Below are positions 12,570 to 25,900 of a DNA stretch of 64,000 nt, in pieces. The DNA lies in contig NW_003314366.1 of assembly GCF_000143415.4 (NCBI RefSeq), positions 186,001 to 250,000 on the forward strand, given 5' to 3'. The notes under the pieces are model-generated. The model was not told where the DNA came from, did no database searches, and saw only the letters and a list, made by a program, of their open reading frames with translations. Made by a program: the position numbers and the translations under genes. Origin of the DNA: Selaginella moellendorffii (taxonomy: Eukaryota; Plantae; Lycopodiophyta). Each line of letters opens with the position of its first letter. Positions within the stretch are counted from its first letter, which is position 1.

Positions 12570-15371
12570 CTAGTAGCCTCCTCGCTGCTGCTTGCATTCA
12601 AACGCGCGGTGGCCAGATTGCCCGCATTTGTAGCAAGCTCCATCAAAATTTCCACCGCCGCCACCGCCGCCACCCCATGATCTACTACTGCTGCTCCTCG
12701 ACTCGCCGAATCGAGACGACGAAGAGAAACTCCTACCATTGCTCGAGTATCTTCCTCCTCCTCTGGAATCGTCAAACCGGCCAAACGCTGGCCTTCTTCC
12801 GCCGCCTCCTCGGTCGCCTCCAAAGGAGCTCCCGTAGCTCCGCCGGCCGCCATCGTCCCAGGAATCTTGGAGGCTTGGAAGCTGCGAGAGAGAGCCATGC
12901 AATGTTGGTGAGAGATCAAACGAGTGAAGAAAAAGAAAAACCTCTTTGATCGCCTCGATCCTAGTGCCGGAAGGCATCGACTTGGAGAGGAGATCCGTTG
13001 CTATGTGCTCCGGAAGATCGAAAACAGCACCCTCAACCTGTAAAGCACGCAGCGAGAGAAAGTTCTTGAGCTGGAACAACTTGCGATCTCACAAACTCAC
13101 ATTTTTCTCGTCGATCATCTGGACTTTTCCAATGTTGTCCGCGGCCTTCTCGGACAGGCTAGCGATGGCTCCCACGACGTGCCGCACAGCGAGCGGGAAG
13201 TTCCCGGGAGCACGGGAGAACTTGAGAGTCATGTATCCCTGGAGAGAGCACCATGAGTTAAAGAACAAGCACGAAACGAAAGCTTACCGCCTCGAGGGAG
13301 ATCAAAGATCGCTGCTCGGGTGGCTGGCTGAAGCCACTCATATGAGCAATCGCGGCTGCAAACGCGGCCGTCCCATGCTCGTCCAAGAGCTTCTCCGCCG
13401 TGGCCATGAAGACTTGCTTGAGATCCGGATGGACACCTTTGATGAGCTCCACGGCTTGCGAGGACGACGCCGCGAGCACCTCGTCGAAATGCGGCATGCT
13501 CTTGAACTGGAAGCTGCAGCCGACTTGTCGCTCAAAGTGTTTCAAGATCCTCCTCTCTTGCGGAGAGAAGAAAACCAGAGCGCTGCCATCCTTGCCGGCC
13601 CGGCCAGTTCGACCAGATCGGTGGACAAACGTCTCCGAGTCCCGTGGCAAGTCGTAGTGTATGATCTGCGCAGAGGTTTGATCATAGCTGATACTTCTGG
13701 AGATGTTCTCGAGAGCTCTCGAGGAAACAAAACGAAACTTACAAGGTCTACGTCCGTGATGTCCAGGCCTCGCGCAGCAACATCCGTCGCGACCAAGATG
13801 AGGAACCTCCCCTCTCGGAAAGCTGCCAAGGTCTTCTCCCTTTGGAACTGTGCGATATCCCCGTGCAAGGCCTCGCAACCGAGAGTTCTGTTCATTGCCA
13901 TGGAGACTTCCTCAGCATCCCGTTTGGTCTGCGTGAAGACAATCGTCTTGCCTCCCTTGCCATACACCTGAGATCACACGATTCAACAGAAATGAGAAAA
14001 CGAAAACGAAGAAGAAGATATAAACGCATCATAGTTACCGTGATCACGTCGCTGAGGATCTTGCGTTTCGCAGCTTGTGAAGTCTGGACAGCATACAACT
14101 TGATACCCTCGGCAAGCTTCTCGTCGGACTCGCCAACCTGAAAAACAAAGTCTACGTTAGCTAAGAGGATCGCCACTGCTTTCGCGACGACTACGTACCA
14201 GGTCGATCGTAAGCGGCTTGTTTAGAAACTTTCTCGAGAGCTTCTGGACCCAGCCCGGCATGGTCGCGGAGAAGAGCATGTTTTGACGCTTCTCTGGGAG
14301 CTGCTCCATGATCTTCTCCACGTCCTCCTCGAAGCCCACGGCGAGCATCTGGTCCGCCTCGTCCAGAACCATGCACTCCACTTGACTGAGATCCAGGCAT
14401 CCTTGCTCCAGCAAGTCGATGATCCGGCCGGGAGTTCCCACTGCAACATCGACACCGCGAGAGAGCAAGCGCTTCTGAGACATGATGGAAACTCCGCCAT
14501 AGACGCAGACTGTCGCAAGCTCTTTGCCCGACTCCATGAACTCGGTCTCCACCTGCTTGGCAAGCTCCCTCGTCGGAGCCAACACCAAGGCCGCCGGACC
14601 TCTGAAAGATCTCCTGCGAAAGCCATGAACAAGAAAAGTTCGCGTTATCAACCAAAGTTCTAAGATATGATCGTAGAGGAGCACCTTTGAGACTTGCTTC
14701 GCGAGCGATAGATGCGATCCATGATGGGAATTCCAAATGCCAAAGTTTTCCCTGTGCCAGTCTTCGCTCGAGCAATGAGGTCGACGCCCTTCATCGCTGG
14801 TTGGAACACGGCTCGCTGTTGCACAAGCCGGGATAGGACTTAGAAACTTAGAACTCTCTCTCTCTCTCTTTCTCTCACGCTTGAGATCTCTCTAACTCAC
14901 TTGAATCGGGAACAAGTGCGTGATGCCTCGGTCCGCAAGGTGGCCAACAATCTCCTGCGAAACTCCCAGCCCGGCAATCGCAAGCTCATCATCAGCCTTG
15001 CTCTCACCTTGGACACCATCCTCTTCTTCCTCCTCCTCCTCCGAATTGGAGTGCTGGGACAACTCGCTATCATCCACATAGAGAATCTTACCATCCTCCT
15101 CCTCACTCTCATCCGTTTGCTCGTCTTCCCAAGTGGTAGTCACTCTCTTCCGAGGCGCGAAGTCTGTCCTCACAGCCGAGACCTTCCACTCCTCCGCGGC
15201 TGTGACCAATCGAGGAGCCCTGGTGGAGCCATAGCCATGCTGCTGCTGGAGCAAAGAAGCACGCAACCAACAGGGCGCCGCCCTGCTCGCTCCTCCTCCT
15301 CCTCCACCTCCATCGCCAAGCACTTGCAATGCAGGAGCTCTAGACGCGCCCGCGCCGGCAACCAGCGCCAT
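12570..15371 (-). CDS. Plastid DEAD-box RNA helicase RH3-like (DEAD + HelicC + GUCT + RGG + CCHC)
   Basis: Transit-like N-terminus, [38 protein letters not shown] and C-terminal [14 protein letters not shown]. Confidence 0.92.
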
Positions 15372-15565
15372 TCTTCCTTGCTACACTACACCCTACACTA
15401 TCACTAAGTAACAGCCTTAAACCCACAACTCCAAGATAGATAGCTCGATTTCTGGGTCCTCGAGGGGCCACGTAGGAACTCATGATCTTACGGACTAAAC
15501 CCCGAGAGTTTGGATCAAAGATCAAAGATCAAAGATCTGGATCGCAAAAAAATATCTTTTTTCGA

Positions 15566-17730
15566 TCAGGTGGTGACCACAGCAGCAGCAGAATTGTTGT
15601 CCACGAGAGCAGCACGAGAAGGAGGAGGCTGTTGCTGATCTTCGCCCCAGTGCCAGAGCATACTCTCCCAGTAGCAAAACTCCTCGAAACACGTCCGGAG
15701 CCTCGAGTCCCTGATCTTGATCCGCCAGTGCCCGTCCGGGAAGCGCTGCTGCTCGGCCTGCCGCCTGTCCCACTCGAGGCTCGCCTTCTGCTTGCTGCGG
15801 AGGAGGCAGTAGCCCTGGAGCTTCTTGCTCATGCTGTCGTGAACTCTCCACCAGCGAGCGTGCGCGGCATCGTTGGCGTACTCGTGCAGCTTCTGCTGGT
15901 TCCAGTTGCAATCGTAGTCGCGGAAGCACAGCCACGGCTTGAGGCCGAGGAAGTGCATCGCGTACACCACCGGTGGCTCGCTTCCCAGCAGCTCCAACCT
16001 GTGCGCGAGCTCCTCGCTATCGTTGAGGCCGAAGTGCTTGAGGAAGTTCATGTGCTTGGGCAGTCTGTGCCACCAGGTGTACACCTCGTTCAAGTATCCC
16101 TGGTCGCCACCGTTGTACGATTCCACCTCGTTGATCTGCTGCATGAGCATCTCGAACGTGCAGTTGGATGGCTCGATCACCATGACGCCCGAGTTGAACA
16201 TGCTCTCGTGGTTTCCCGTCGCGGAGATCTCCGGCATCTGGAAGAGGAAGTCCATGTTGCGCAGCAGGATGATGTCCGCGTCGATGTATATCAGCTTGTG
16301 GTACTCGGTCAGCTGCCATAGCCGAAACTTGCTGTAGTTCCACTCGTTGTATGACTCGGGCTCCGCCTTGGGGTTCCGTATCCTCTGGATCTGGATCACT
16401 CTCCACCCGGCTGCCTCGAGCCCCTCCCTGTGATGCGGATGGATGTTCTCGTCAACCAGGATGACAAGGTCCCGCTTGGACCCGCTCATTCGGATGCTCC
16501 GAGCGAGCGAGATGGCGCCACACACGTAGAACTGTGCCGAGTGGAGGATGGTTGCGTAGGCTTCTCGTGACGCATGCTTGCGGGGTGCACGCCGGTTACC
16601 TGCAATCTAGAGCACGATCAGCGGCTTTCCGACGAGAAAAAAGAAGAAGAAAAAAGCAGAAAAGACTGCTACGTAACGTGACGTACCCGTTATCGGCACC
16701 GAAAGTTGGCATGATCCAGGAGGAAGCGCGAGAGTCTTCTCGAGCCGCTTGAGGTCGGCTTTGAAGAGCCAGAAACTCCCTTGGTGGCTGACAAGCTCGC
16801 GGCAGGGGAAGATGTTTGGAGATGGCCTGCACTCGTCGTCGAGAAGCACGTATGTGTAGCCTTGTTGACGCTGGCCGGTGTCGAGAGCAACTCTAGCTGC
16901 GACGAGGAGCGTGTGTAGACGCTTGACACTTCTCGTCCAGTCTTTCGGATCCTTGGCTCGATCACAAGGCACCTTTGCAGCCACAAGGTGCAGGTTGAGG
17001 TTCTTGTGCTTCGTAGGCATTGGAAAGTGTGGGCATGTCGGGGTGTTCCAGCGCTCCTCCTCGTCAATCCACTCGGGGTAGAGGTCGGACCAGCTGGTGT
17101 TCTCGGAGACAGCCTCAAAGCGTATCAACCTGGGCGTCTCTCCACCGCTGAAAACCTCCCACGGAAGAGTGCTCGACTTGTCGTCGAAATTGACGAGGCC
17201 AATCTTGAGAGCTCCACCCACGTCCAGGCTGCTTCTCAAGGCCGTCAGCTCGCCAGTGTCTTGCAGCCAGCGCAAGAGCTTCTCGTCACTGGTGTTGCGC
17301 AAGGACCCCCGGACCTGGAAGCTGGAATGGAAGAGAGCAACGATTCAAACGACTCCTATGAACAAGATAGAGAACTTGGTACCTCGAGTCTTCAGAGCGC
17401 GACGTTCCTCTTCTGGTAGACGTAGGAACGAAAAGAATGGTCATGGATGCTGCCGCAAATAACAAGACTACCAGGAGCCGAAGAGCAAAGCTTCTTATCA
17501 CAGGCAGCGCCACCCCGCCGCCGCCACCACCTCCTCCTCCTCCTCCTCCTCCTGGTTGTGAGATATCATCCTCGTCGGCCTTCTTCTTGTCATTGGTGCG
17601 CTTGCGCTGGAGCTCGGCATCCCTGGCAAAGCCGCAACAACACAAGCATTTCAAACCGCTAGCCTAGAATCCCATCAAGGAGTACTCACACGCCTCCATT
17701 CTGGCGATAGCGCCGGGCTTCCGGCCTCAT
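15566..17730 (-). CDS. GT8 glycosyltransferase, GUX/PGSIP-like (xylan glucuronosyltransferase-like); start codon approximate
   Basis: REAYATILHSAQFYVCGAI, YNEWNYSKFRLWQLTEY, YIDAD (DxD), NGGDQGYLNE, HFLGLKPW and N-terminal TM anchor. Confidence 0.92.
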
Positions 17731-18354
17731 CTGACCTCGCTGCGATCGATCGAATCGCCGGCGGCGCGCCGCGATTCGCGATCAAGCCTCCATTGCCATA
17801 CCTGTGGAAGGGAAGGAATACCCGCGGATCGATCAACCCTAGCTACTGGGCGGCATTAGAGGCGGTGAGCGAGGAAGGAGTCTCTCTCTCTCGCGAGTAG
17901 TGCGCGTTCGTCTCTTTGTTACCGGCTAGGGCCGGTCACCCGGGATGGGCACTTGGCATAAAACTTAAGTATGAGAAATCTTACGTGGAGTAGGGTACAA
18001 GCGGCGCTGTGCTGCCAGCATTCCTTCCTTTTGATTTAATTCGCTTTGGTGGTGGTGGTGGCCCGGCTCTATTAATTTGCTAAGATCGAGATTGGAAGCT
18101 ATGGCATTCCCATCCGATGTTGTTTGGTGGCTGTGTCCCGGAATAACCGTCAATCCATCCACGACCTACCGTGATGTTTCGATTTGACTAAATTCCCTGT
18201 CATAGCAAAGAATTCTAGTCCAATAGGCTTAAGTCATGGCGCATTGACCGACCATGGAGTTTGTATTAGTTGGAAGATACCACCTAGTTTCCCCTCTAGC
18301 TGATTTTCTCGTTGTATAGCCTATTCTCTTGAAACGAAATCGGGAGAAATATGG

Positions 18355-19095
18355 ACGATCCTGATCATAAAAGTGAACATCGTTGCCACCGCTGTCTTGT
18401 CCCGGGCTCAAGCTCGCTGGGCTTCGCATTGATCCCGCATGTATGGTGATTTTAGTTGCTTTTCCTTGTCCAAACTTGCAGTTCTATCATAACGCACAGG
18501 TAGTCCTTCCTACGTCGGCCCCGGCACGTCGTCCTTCCTCCACGATGGGCTTGTGGGAGTGAACGTCTCGTTACCGGGTTACCAGGATCGATCAACTTTG
18601 CAGGGTCTTCCAAGTCGCAGAGTCACTCGTTGGGATGGACAAGGTACCCCTCTAACTTTATACTGGTTGAACTTGCGTAATGGAGTCATCTTTCTCACAG
18701 GAGGATGGGACAAGGATTGAGCTGGGACTTTGGGATCACGGACGTGCAAACGCCAGAGAGCTGATTGGACCTCCAAACAACTGCCTTAACACCGTGTTCG
18801 ATTCGTAAGCCATCATCTTTCAGCATACGTACGTGATGCTGATTGTGTGCATTGTTCCAAGCGCTCGGGGTCCTCCACCCAAGGAACCACTCACATCGCC
18901 ATTTCCCACCTCTCATCAACGACCGGACGCACCAGGACCTTTTGGAGCGAAGACGTCGTCGATTGGTATGCTACCAGCGAGCTCGTGACCACGTCGGGAG
19001 ATGTCAATCGGCTGGTTTCTTTGGGGTGTGATGAGAGCAGGACGAAAAGAATTTCCTTCTTTCGAAATGTGTTCTACAGGGTGGAAACTCAGGAG
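18355..19095 (+). pseudogene. Deletion-riddled partial duplicate of the CGEP gene (copy 1)
   Basis: Co-linear exon and intron blocks match 26860-28085, e.g. gctcaagctcgctgggcttcgcattgatcc and gccagagagctgattggacctccaaac. Confidence 0.85.
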
Positions 19096-19150
19096 GGAGA
19101 AAGAAACATGTCTATACTAAACCCCACGCCAGCACTCTTCACTCTTTACT

Positions 19151-21044
19151 CTACTTGCAGATCTCGCAAACAAGCATCTGTTGAGGGATGGGACTCGCGC
19201 ATGACTGGTGATACCAACTCTGGCACACCGTGCACTCTATCCCGTCCCCTTCAGGCTTCCCACATTGTAAACAGGCTCCTTCCTCTTCAGCAAACAAAGG
19301 TTGTCCCTCCTTAGCAGCAAGCTCCATATCTTCCATCACCTGCTTCAGCTCCAGGCAATTATGAGGAACAACATCTGCTGTCTCAGGTCGACGGAGAATT
19401 ATCCGATTCCAATGCTTCAAGTCCTCCGTTGAAAAAGAGACCCGTCCATTTGGTGTACGCAAAACGTTCCCATTTGCATCCTTCATAGGCACCTTGAGCT
19501 TGATATACGGCATCTGGGAGTTGCCTTCGGGAGTGACGAATAGGAAGATGGGTTCCCTCCCACAAAGCAGTCTGCATTTGTCAACCAACGAATCATAATC
19601 GGACTTCCACATGGGCGACCCACTCTTGGAACAAGTTACTTGAAGCAGATACTTAAACCTACCAGCAAGCGCGTCCACCAGCGGATAGCTCTGGCTCGGA
19701 AGAAGAACATACTTGTCCATGTCCCTGGTGGTAAAAGGGAAATTGTTGCCATAGTGATGCTTGATTGTTGCCGGTGGAAGGATGATAATGCTACCATCAG
19801 CCAACCGGAAGTCCCCTCCTCTACGTAGAATGGAATGAGCGAAGTCCTCAAAGACACCTCTAGCAGCTGCAACAAGTCTTGGAACAAAAATAGTTTTGCT
19901 AACGAGCTCCAGTCGCTTATTCACCTCGGACTCATAAAACAGTTCGTTAAAGCGCCTCAGGCACCAGGAGGAGACAAACTCCACTCCACCAATGTGCTTC
20001 ATGTCATGGTCGGGAATGTCCAAGAACACACGGTGGTAGGTTGAGAAGTTCTCTGCCAGATTCTCGTAGTAGTAAAACACCGCACGATTTGCATTCTCTA
20101 CCACCCACTTGAGGTCGCTCTTGAAGTTACGGACAATACCGCCACAGATGAAAACCCGAGCCATGAAATTTGCAGCACTCGTGAAGCCTGGGAGACTCCC
20201 CAAGCCCTTGTCCGCCTCTGCTAAAGTGTATCCAGTCCTCTGCAACTCGTCACCCAATGTCTTGTTCCACAACACTAGAAGCTCTGCGGGCTTCTACGCG
20301 CACATATGCAGCTCTGTGAAGTATTGCTCGTCCATAGTCTTTTCTGCCTCCACAGCACCATTCCGAGAGTTTGGACTGGCAAAGAGCACAGACCGGCCAA
20401 AGGAATTCCTTATGCCTGTGAACCTGTCGTCTACCAGCAACCATGTTCCCGGCATTTGAAGGTAGCTTAAAGCAGCATCAAAATCTGGTACCTCGAAGCA
20501 CTTGCCACTCGGATCGAAATAATACAAGTAGGAGTGTTGGGCCACCACGAGCTGCACTACAATGGCCTGGCGCTTCTCACGTAGCCGTGAAACGAAGTAC
20601 CACAAACAACATGACTTGCCGATGCCCGGATTGCCAGAGATGTAAGTGAACGTGTACTCCGAGTTGAAAACCTTGTGAAACAGCCTCTTGTACTCAACGC
20701 GAACATAGATCTCAGCCTCACTAAATTTGAAGGGTAGACTCAGGAAGCCATCCTTCACGATGAAGTCGCTCTCCCTCAAGCTCAGCTCCGTTGACGTTGG
20801 CACTGCAAGCGAACGCACGGTAAGAGGTAAGGATAGAAATGAAGAAAGAAGCCACCCTCCGCTGCAGTAAGATAAGCTTCTCCTTGCGCAGCAGCTGCTT
20901 GTCCTTCCATAACCGCTTTACTCTGTCTTGCAGAAACTGCTTATCCTGGGCATCCGCTGTTGATTTCAGGTGCTCCTCAACCTTATCTATTTCTTCTTGG
21001 ACTTGATCGATTTCCCCTTGGACAATGGAAATCCGATCATCCAT
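19151..21044 (-). pseudogene. Crinkler/RHS-type protein: coiled coil + P-loop NTPase + PD-(D/E)xK-like nuclease + PHD finger; single in-frame TAG at 20294-20296
   Basis: Walker A GNPGIGKS, Walker B WLLVDD, CGGIVR, LVDALAG...LLQVT and C4HC3 finger CLQC..CTVCQSWYHQSC..CEIC; ORFs 20294-20818 and 19151-20275 are in the same frame. Confidence 0.7.
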
Positions 21045-21189
21045 CACAGCTCGCTAAAAATATTTGAAAGGCACTTTAGGATTTATAGTTTACAGCAGGT
21101 TGGCAGGTGATATTTTCCGCAACCTTCGTCCTTTGATCATAAAAAACTTAGCAGAATAAGAGCTTAAGATCTATTTTTTCAAGACTTCT

Positions 21190-22050
21190 TGCTTGATCAG
21201 AGAAAATGCTCCAAGACGTCAAGAGTATGGAATTCGCGGTTTGTATTTCCGTCTTGTTTTGTAGAACTCCAAGCTTTCCAAGGCGGAGGAGCAGCTATAC
21301 GAGCATTGGAAGCTAAGAATCAGAGAATGCCACGCTGAAAGTAAAGCCCAGCGAAGACACCAAGCTTTGGAGCAGAGTCTCGTCAGCCTCGTGAAAATCA
21401 AGTCCAACAAGGTATCGTCTTTTCATAGTTTTGAAAACCATGTCTCTTCGTTGTCATTTATGTGAACTAGCTGAGGCGACCAAGAAGCTCGAAGCTCGAG
21501 ACTACCGAGAAGAATAGCGAGTACAAGCAGGAATCTGCGGCTCAGAAGACTGCGGCTTTGGAAAAGATTCGCAAGTTAGAAGCCAAGAAAGAAGACATTG
21601 AGAAACACCTCATATTGCAGAAGAACGATCAGGTAATCAGCTTTTTCGTTCAGCCTCTTGCATAAACATAGCGCTGTTTCTTTCTTGCAGGCGATTCTTG
21701 AGATGAAACGCCACGAGGTTAGCCAAGAAAGAACAGCCACCGATTGAATCGTTCTCATTTGTTTTTATCCAGATAAACAAACTACAAGGGAGTCACAAGC
21801 AAGCTTTGAAACTGGCTTTTGTGAAGCAGGAGGAAGTTCAGTCGCTGTGCAACTGCTTGTTCCGTCCTGTGGCTGATCAAGTCTATGGCGATCCTGAAAT
21901 GTTTGGCGAGACGAGGCAGATGTGTATAAATTGCATGGTAACAATTTTGTGTGATGCTTTCGACGATGAACTGACGTCTGCTATTTTCTGTTACAGGAAA
22001 GAGAAAGAGATCATTTTTCGCAGTTCATTACAGAAGGCTTTACTGTACTG
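21190..22050 (+). pseudogene. Fragmented spliced coiled-coil gene remnant, family not recognised
   Basis: Short GT-AG bounded segments encoding E/K/Q/L-rich peptides (ESAAQKTAALEKIRKLEAKKEDIEKHL) with stops and frameshifts. Confidence 0.35.
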
Positions 22051-22054
22051 CAAC

Positions 22055-22402
22055 GTGTTCTTTGCGCTCTCTCACGCACCGGTCCCTACGTCGGCCTCGG
22101 CAAGTCGTCCTTGTCACGACGGGCTTGTGGTTGATCGTCTCGTTACCGGGTTGCCACCCGGTGCCAGGATCGCGTTTTCTTCCTTCGTTTTCTTGATGCG
22201 TCTCTCCTGATGGTAGTCACCTTGCATTCGGGGATGGACAAGGTACTCCTTTCTATCGCATAATGGAATCAAATCTTTCTCACAGGAGGAGTGAGCTGAG
22301 ACTTTGGATCGCCGACATGCAAATGCCAGCTGCCTTAACTCCGTGTTCGGAACTTCGTCAAGTCATTTGTGATGTTTTCTTGGCTGGCAGAGGCTCACTC
22401 TC
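22055..22402 (+). pseudogene. Partial duplicate of the CGEP gene (copy 2)
   Basis: Matches 27025-27430 and 28230-28263 with internal deletions, e.g. cctacgtcggcctcggca..tcgtccttgtc and tggctggcagaggctcactct. Confidence 0.85.
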
Positions 22403-22429
22403 CAGGGAACGATTTCCTGGCTCTGGGGG

Positions 22430-22735
22430 ACGAAAGAGAGTTTTCCACGAGCTCACTTCCCTCCTCTACTTCGAACGAAGTCCTCAAAGATGATTAACTT
22501 GGTAGCTCCAGTCGCTTATTCAGCTCGGACTGAGACATTAAAGCGCCTCAGGCTGACCAACTCCATCCCACCAGCGTGCTTCATGTCATGGTCGGCAAAC
22601 TTCAGGTGGGTTGAGACATTCTCGTCGTGGTAAACACACCGATCTGCATTCTCGTTGCAGGAACAATACCGCCACAGATGTAAAACTGAACCCTGAAATT
22701 TGCACTCGTGAAGCCTGGGAGACTCCCGAAGTCCG
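22430..22735 (-). pseudogene. Degenerate fragment of the Crinkler/RHS-type gene
   Basis: Matches about 19850-20205, e.g. agctccagtcgcttattca..tcggact, gtgcttcatgtcatggtcgg and gcactcgtgaagcctgggagactccc. Confidence 0.8.
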
Positions 22736-22991
22736 AACGTAACATAACACAAGGATCCACATAAATCACAATTTAAGATTAGAAAAATGAAACTTTGTGT
22801 TGTTTGGTGTCCACCTTCATGTTTTGATTTGATAAAATTTCCTAGCAAAGAATACCATTGCGTAGGTGTCCAATGGTTTGAGCGCCAATCGCCTTCGTCC
22901 GCCCAGAAATGCTGCACAAAAAATCCCGTGTTGACCAAAGGGAATAACCCAACGTTAATATCGCTCTCGTTCTCGTAATTTGTGTAGAGGG

Positions 22992-25900
22992 ATGGAGGAG
23001 GATGATGAGCGCAATGCCGGTGCCGCCGGTGCCAGCCGGATCGTAGCTAGCACAACTGAACAAAGAGGAGCTGGCGGGAGATGAGGCCCAGGCGATCAGC
23101 ACAGGATGCCAAAGATCGAGCTCATGCCTCCTGATTTCCTCAGTTTTTTTCCCATCAGGAACGAGGCTGCCCTGAACGATGATGCAGTTGACAGAATCGC
23201 TGTCGCCCAAGGCCGAATCGCTGTCGCCCCTAAAGTATCCAAGAAGGTCGAAGTAGAAGTTTTGGAGAGCTGGAGAAAACGGCGGTTCCAGCACGCAAAC
23301 GATGCGAGGTAATTGCACTTTCGATTTTTTTTTGGGATGGAGGTAATCCCTTTGCTTCGTCTTGTAGCTAGCATGGACCATGTACGCATCCATCCCAAGT
23401 TCCTTCATTCTAATGCAACAAGCCACAAGTGGGCTTTGGGCGGTACTTCATCTAGTTATTCTTTTGTACTCTAAGATCTTGCTCCTTTCTTAGCGATAGT
23501 GGAGCTGCTTGACAATGCGCTTGACGAGGCACCACATGGAGCGACGTTCGTGAACATTAATGTTCTCAAGAATCCAGTTGATGGCTCGCCAATGCTTCTG
23601 TTTACAAGATGTTGTTTTTTATTTTCTTGTGAGCAACACTTTGTTTGTCAATTCTCGCAACCCAGATGTCTTTTGGGTATACTGAAAAGGATAAAGACAA
23701 CTACATGATATGTCGTGCTCTCTTTCTTTTTCTTCCTTTTTACTCTGGAAATCTGTTATCAGATGGAAACGGGCAATACAGCACCCCCTCTCTTACGTGG
23801 GTGCCTTTTTGCCACGTCTGTAGCGCACCCAGCTCTACACCCTAAATGCTTAATGACTAATTTTAAATTAGTATCGTTAAATTTTAATTAGTAGATGTTG
23901 TTAACGGATATATTAAAGACTATAATTTTATATTTAGCCAGTGCATGAACGGTTATAGTATATAACTTACACTTGGTTTAGGTTTTTCCTCATCGTGTTT
24001 TATGTTTGTGCTCCTTATATTCTCTTTTTTATTTTATTCACTCTCTTTAGTATTATGGCTAAATTGGAATATGTAGATCTTGCTCAAAATAGTTTCTTTT
24101 TCTTTTTTTTGATCTTATTGAGAGAAGTATATTTGATTTGTAATTTTAAATACTTAAAAATAATTGAAAATAATATACTAGAGCAATCTTTAATTTATAG
24201 TAATAAGGTGGCATGCCTATGTGGCATACAAATGCAAATAAGCAAATGGGGCACACACTAAATAAAGGGGTGTATTGTGCATTCTACCCCACTCGTTGGT
24301 TCACTATAAGTTTTATGAACTTCATGGTTCTTTGAGTTCATTTCTTGTGCCTTGGTGTCATTGTATTTTCAAAATCAAATGCTAAACAATGCAAGATGTA
24401 TGAGAGTTACTTACTAGAATTTTTTCTATACCAATTTCTGTTACAATACAGGCCTACACAGAGTGTGGGGTTACTTTCTTACACCTTCCTTTGTGACACA
24501 ATGCAGCAAGATGTCATAGTTCCTACAGTACATAGTAGAGAAATTCCCATAAATTGTATGGGTTGTGAATTCACTTTGTTCTTTAGTTGGATTATGAAGA
24601 GCATGGGGTGAGTTGAGAGAGGTCCAAAGAGGTACACATAAGGATTGGGAATATTTCATAGGCACAATCACAAGATGGAGTCCTTATCAATCTGAAGAAT
24701 CCATTCGTAACCAAGTAAGCACTTTATAGATTTGCAATATTTTATGTTATAGATCTCTGTGATTTCAGTTCAAGAAAATCAAAGACCAAGGCACAAGAAT
24801 TATCATCTACAATCTTTGGGAGGATGAGCAGTAATGGCTAGAGCTGGACTTTGAATCAGATCCTCAAGTATGCTTTGAATTTTTCCATGGTTTATTTTGC
24901 TGATTACCTTCAAGATTATTCGAATTAGGGGTGGTGGAGAACATGCTCATATGGTGGGAAAATATCCTAGTGTAAAACAATTCTTTCTGTACCAAAATTC
25001 TCTAATGGTGAGAATGAATATTTTCACTTACTGACATTTATTTTGATTTGCAAATATATGCATCAATTTTGTACTTGCATTTGTCAAAAAAATTCAAAAT
25101 CACCCTTTGAAACCAAGAGATTTTACACCATAACATTCTACATTGAAGAGGTGGTTTACAAGCCAATGTAGGTGTTTTCTTTTTTTTTTTTCTCTTTGGT
25201 TCTTTGAAATTTATGTGTCTTTTTGGGTGTCTGCAATAGTACACCTTGGATTTTTAATGCAAGCGAGCACATAGATGTGCAAATATTCAATATCACAAAA
25301 ATTGGCTTATAAAGGTAATCATTCGCTCTAAGCATTATTTTTCTCATTTAATCTGTAACAGCCTTTTTGGAGAATCTGGAATCAATCAGGCAGCCAAGGA
25401 CGAGGTGTCATTGGCATCTTTTTTACATTCTTTCACCGATCTAGGAGTTTTTGGAAGCAAATTTTGTAGAACCTACTCATGAGAAGCAAGGATCAACGTT
25501 TAGAGTATCATCTATAGCAAATGCAAAGAAAGTTTTGGTTAATATTCACCTTTTCTGCCATTTTACCTTTATAATGCGTTTTTTACTAACTGTCAGAAAG
25601 TGCTACTACTGCTTCTACTACCAGGAAAAGAAAGATGATCCATGAAGTACAGCAACCTCAGATTGCAGAGAGAAGATGGCCTCCAAGGTAGGATTACTCT
25701 TTTTTAACATTTATGTTGAATCCTATGTGGCAGCCACATTGACCGTGCCCTCATTGCATCTCCCCATTCAACTTGGATGAAACCTGGCTGCTGGAGGACA
25801 AGAGGGGAGAAATTCAGTGAGAATGGAAGGATGCTAGAACGTTCTTCTTTTGTTTGAATTCTTCTAATAAACATTTAGAGGAAGTGCCAAAGATTTGCAT

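Noticed and set aside
12946-13971. 341-aa plus-strand ORF and similar long antisense ORFs (5813-6502, 15482-16321, 40257-40982, 50929-51807)
   Set aside because: Shadow ORFs opposite GC-rich coding exons, with no recognisable motifs.
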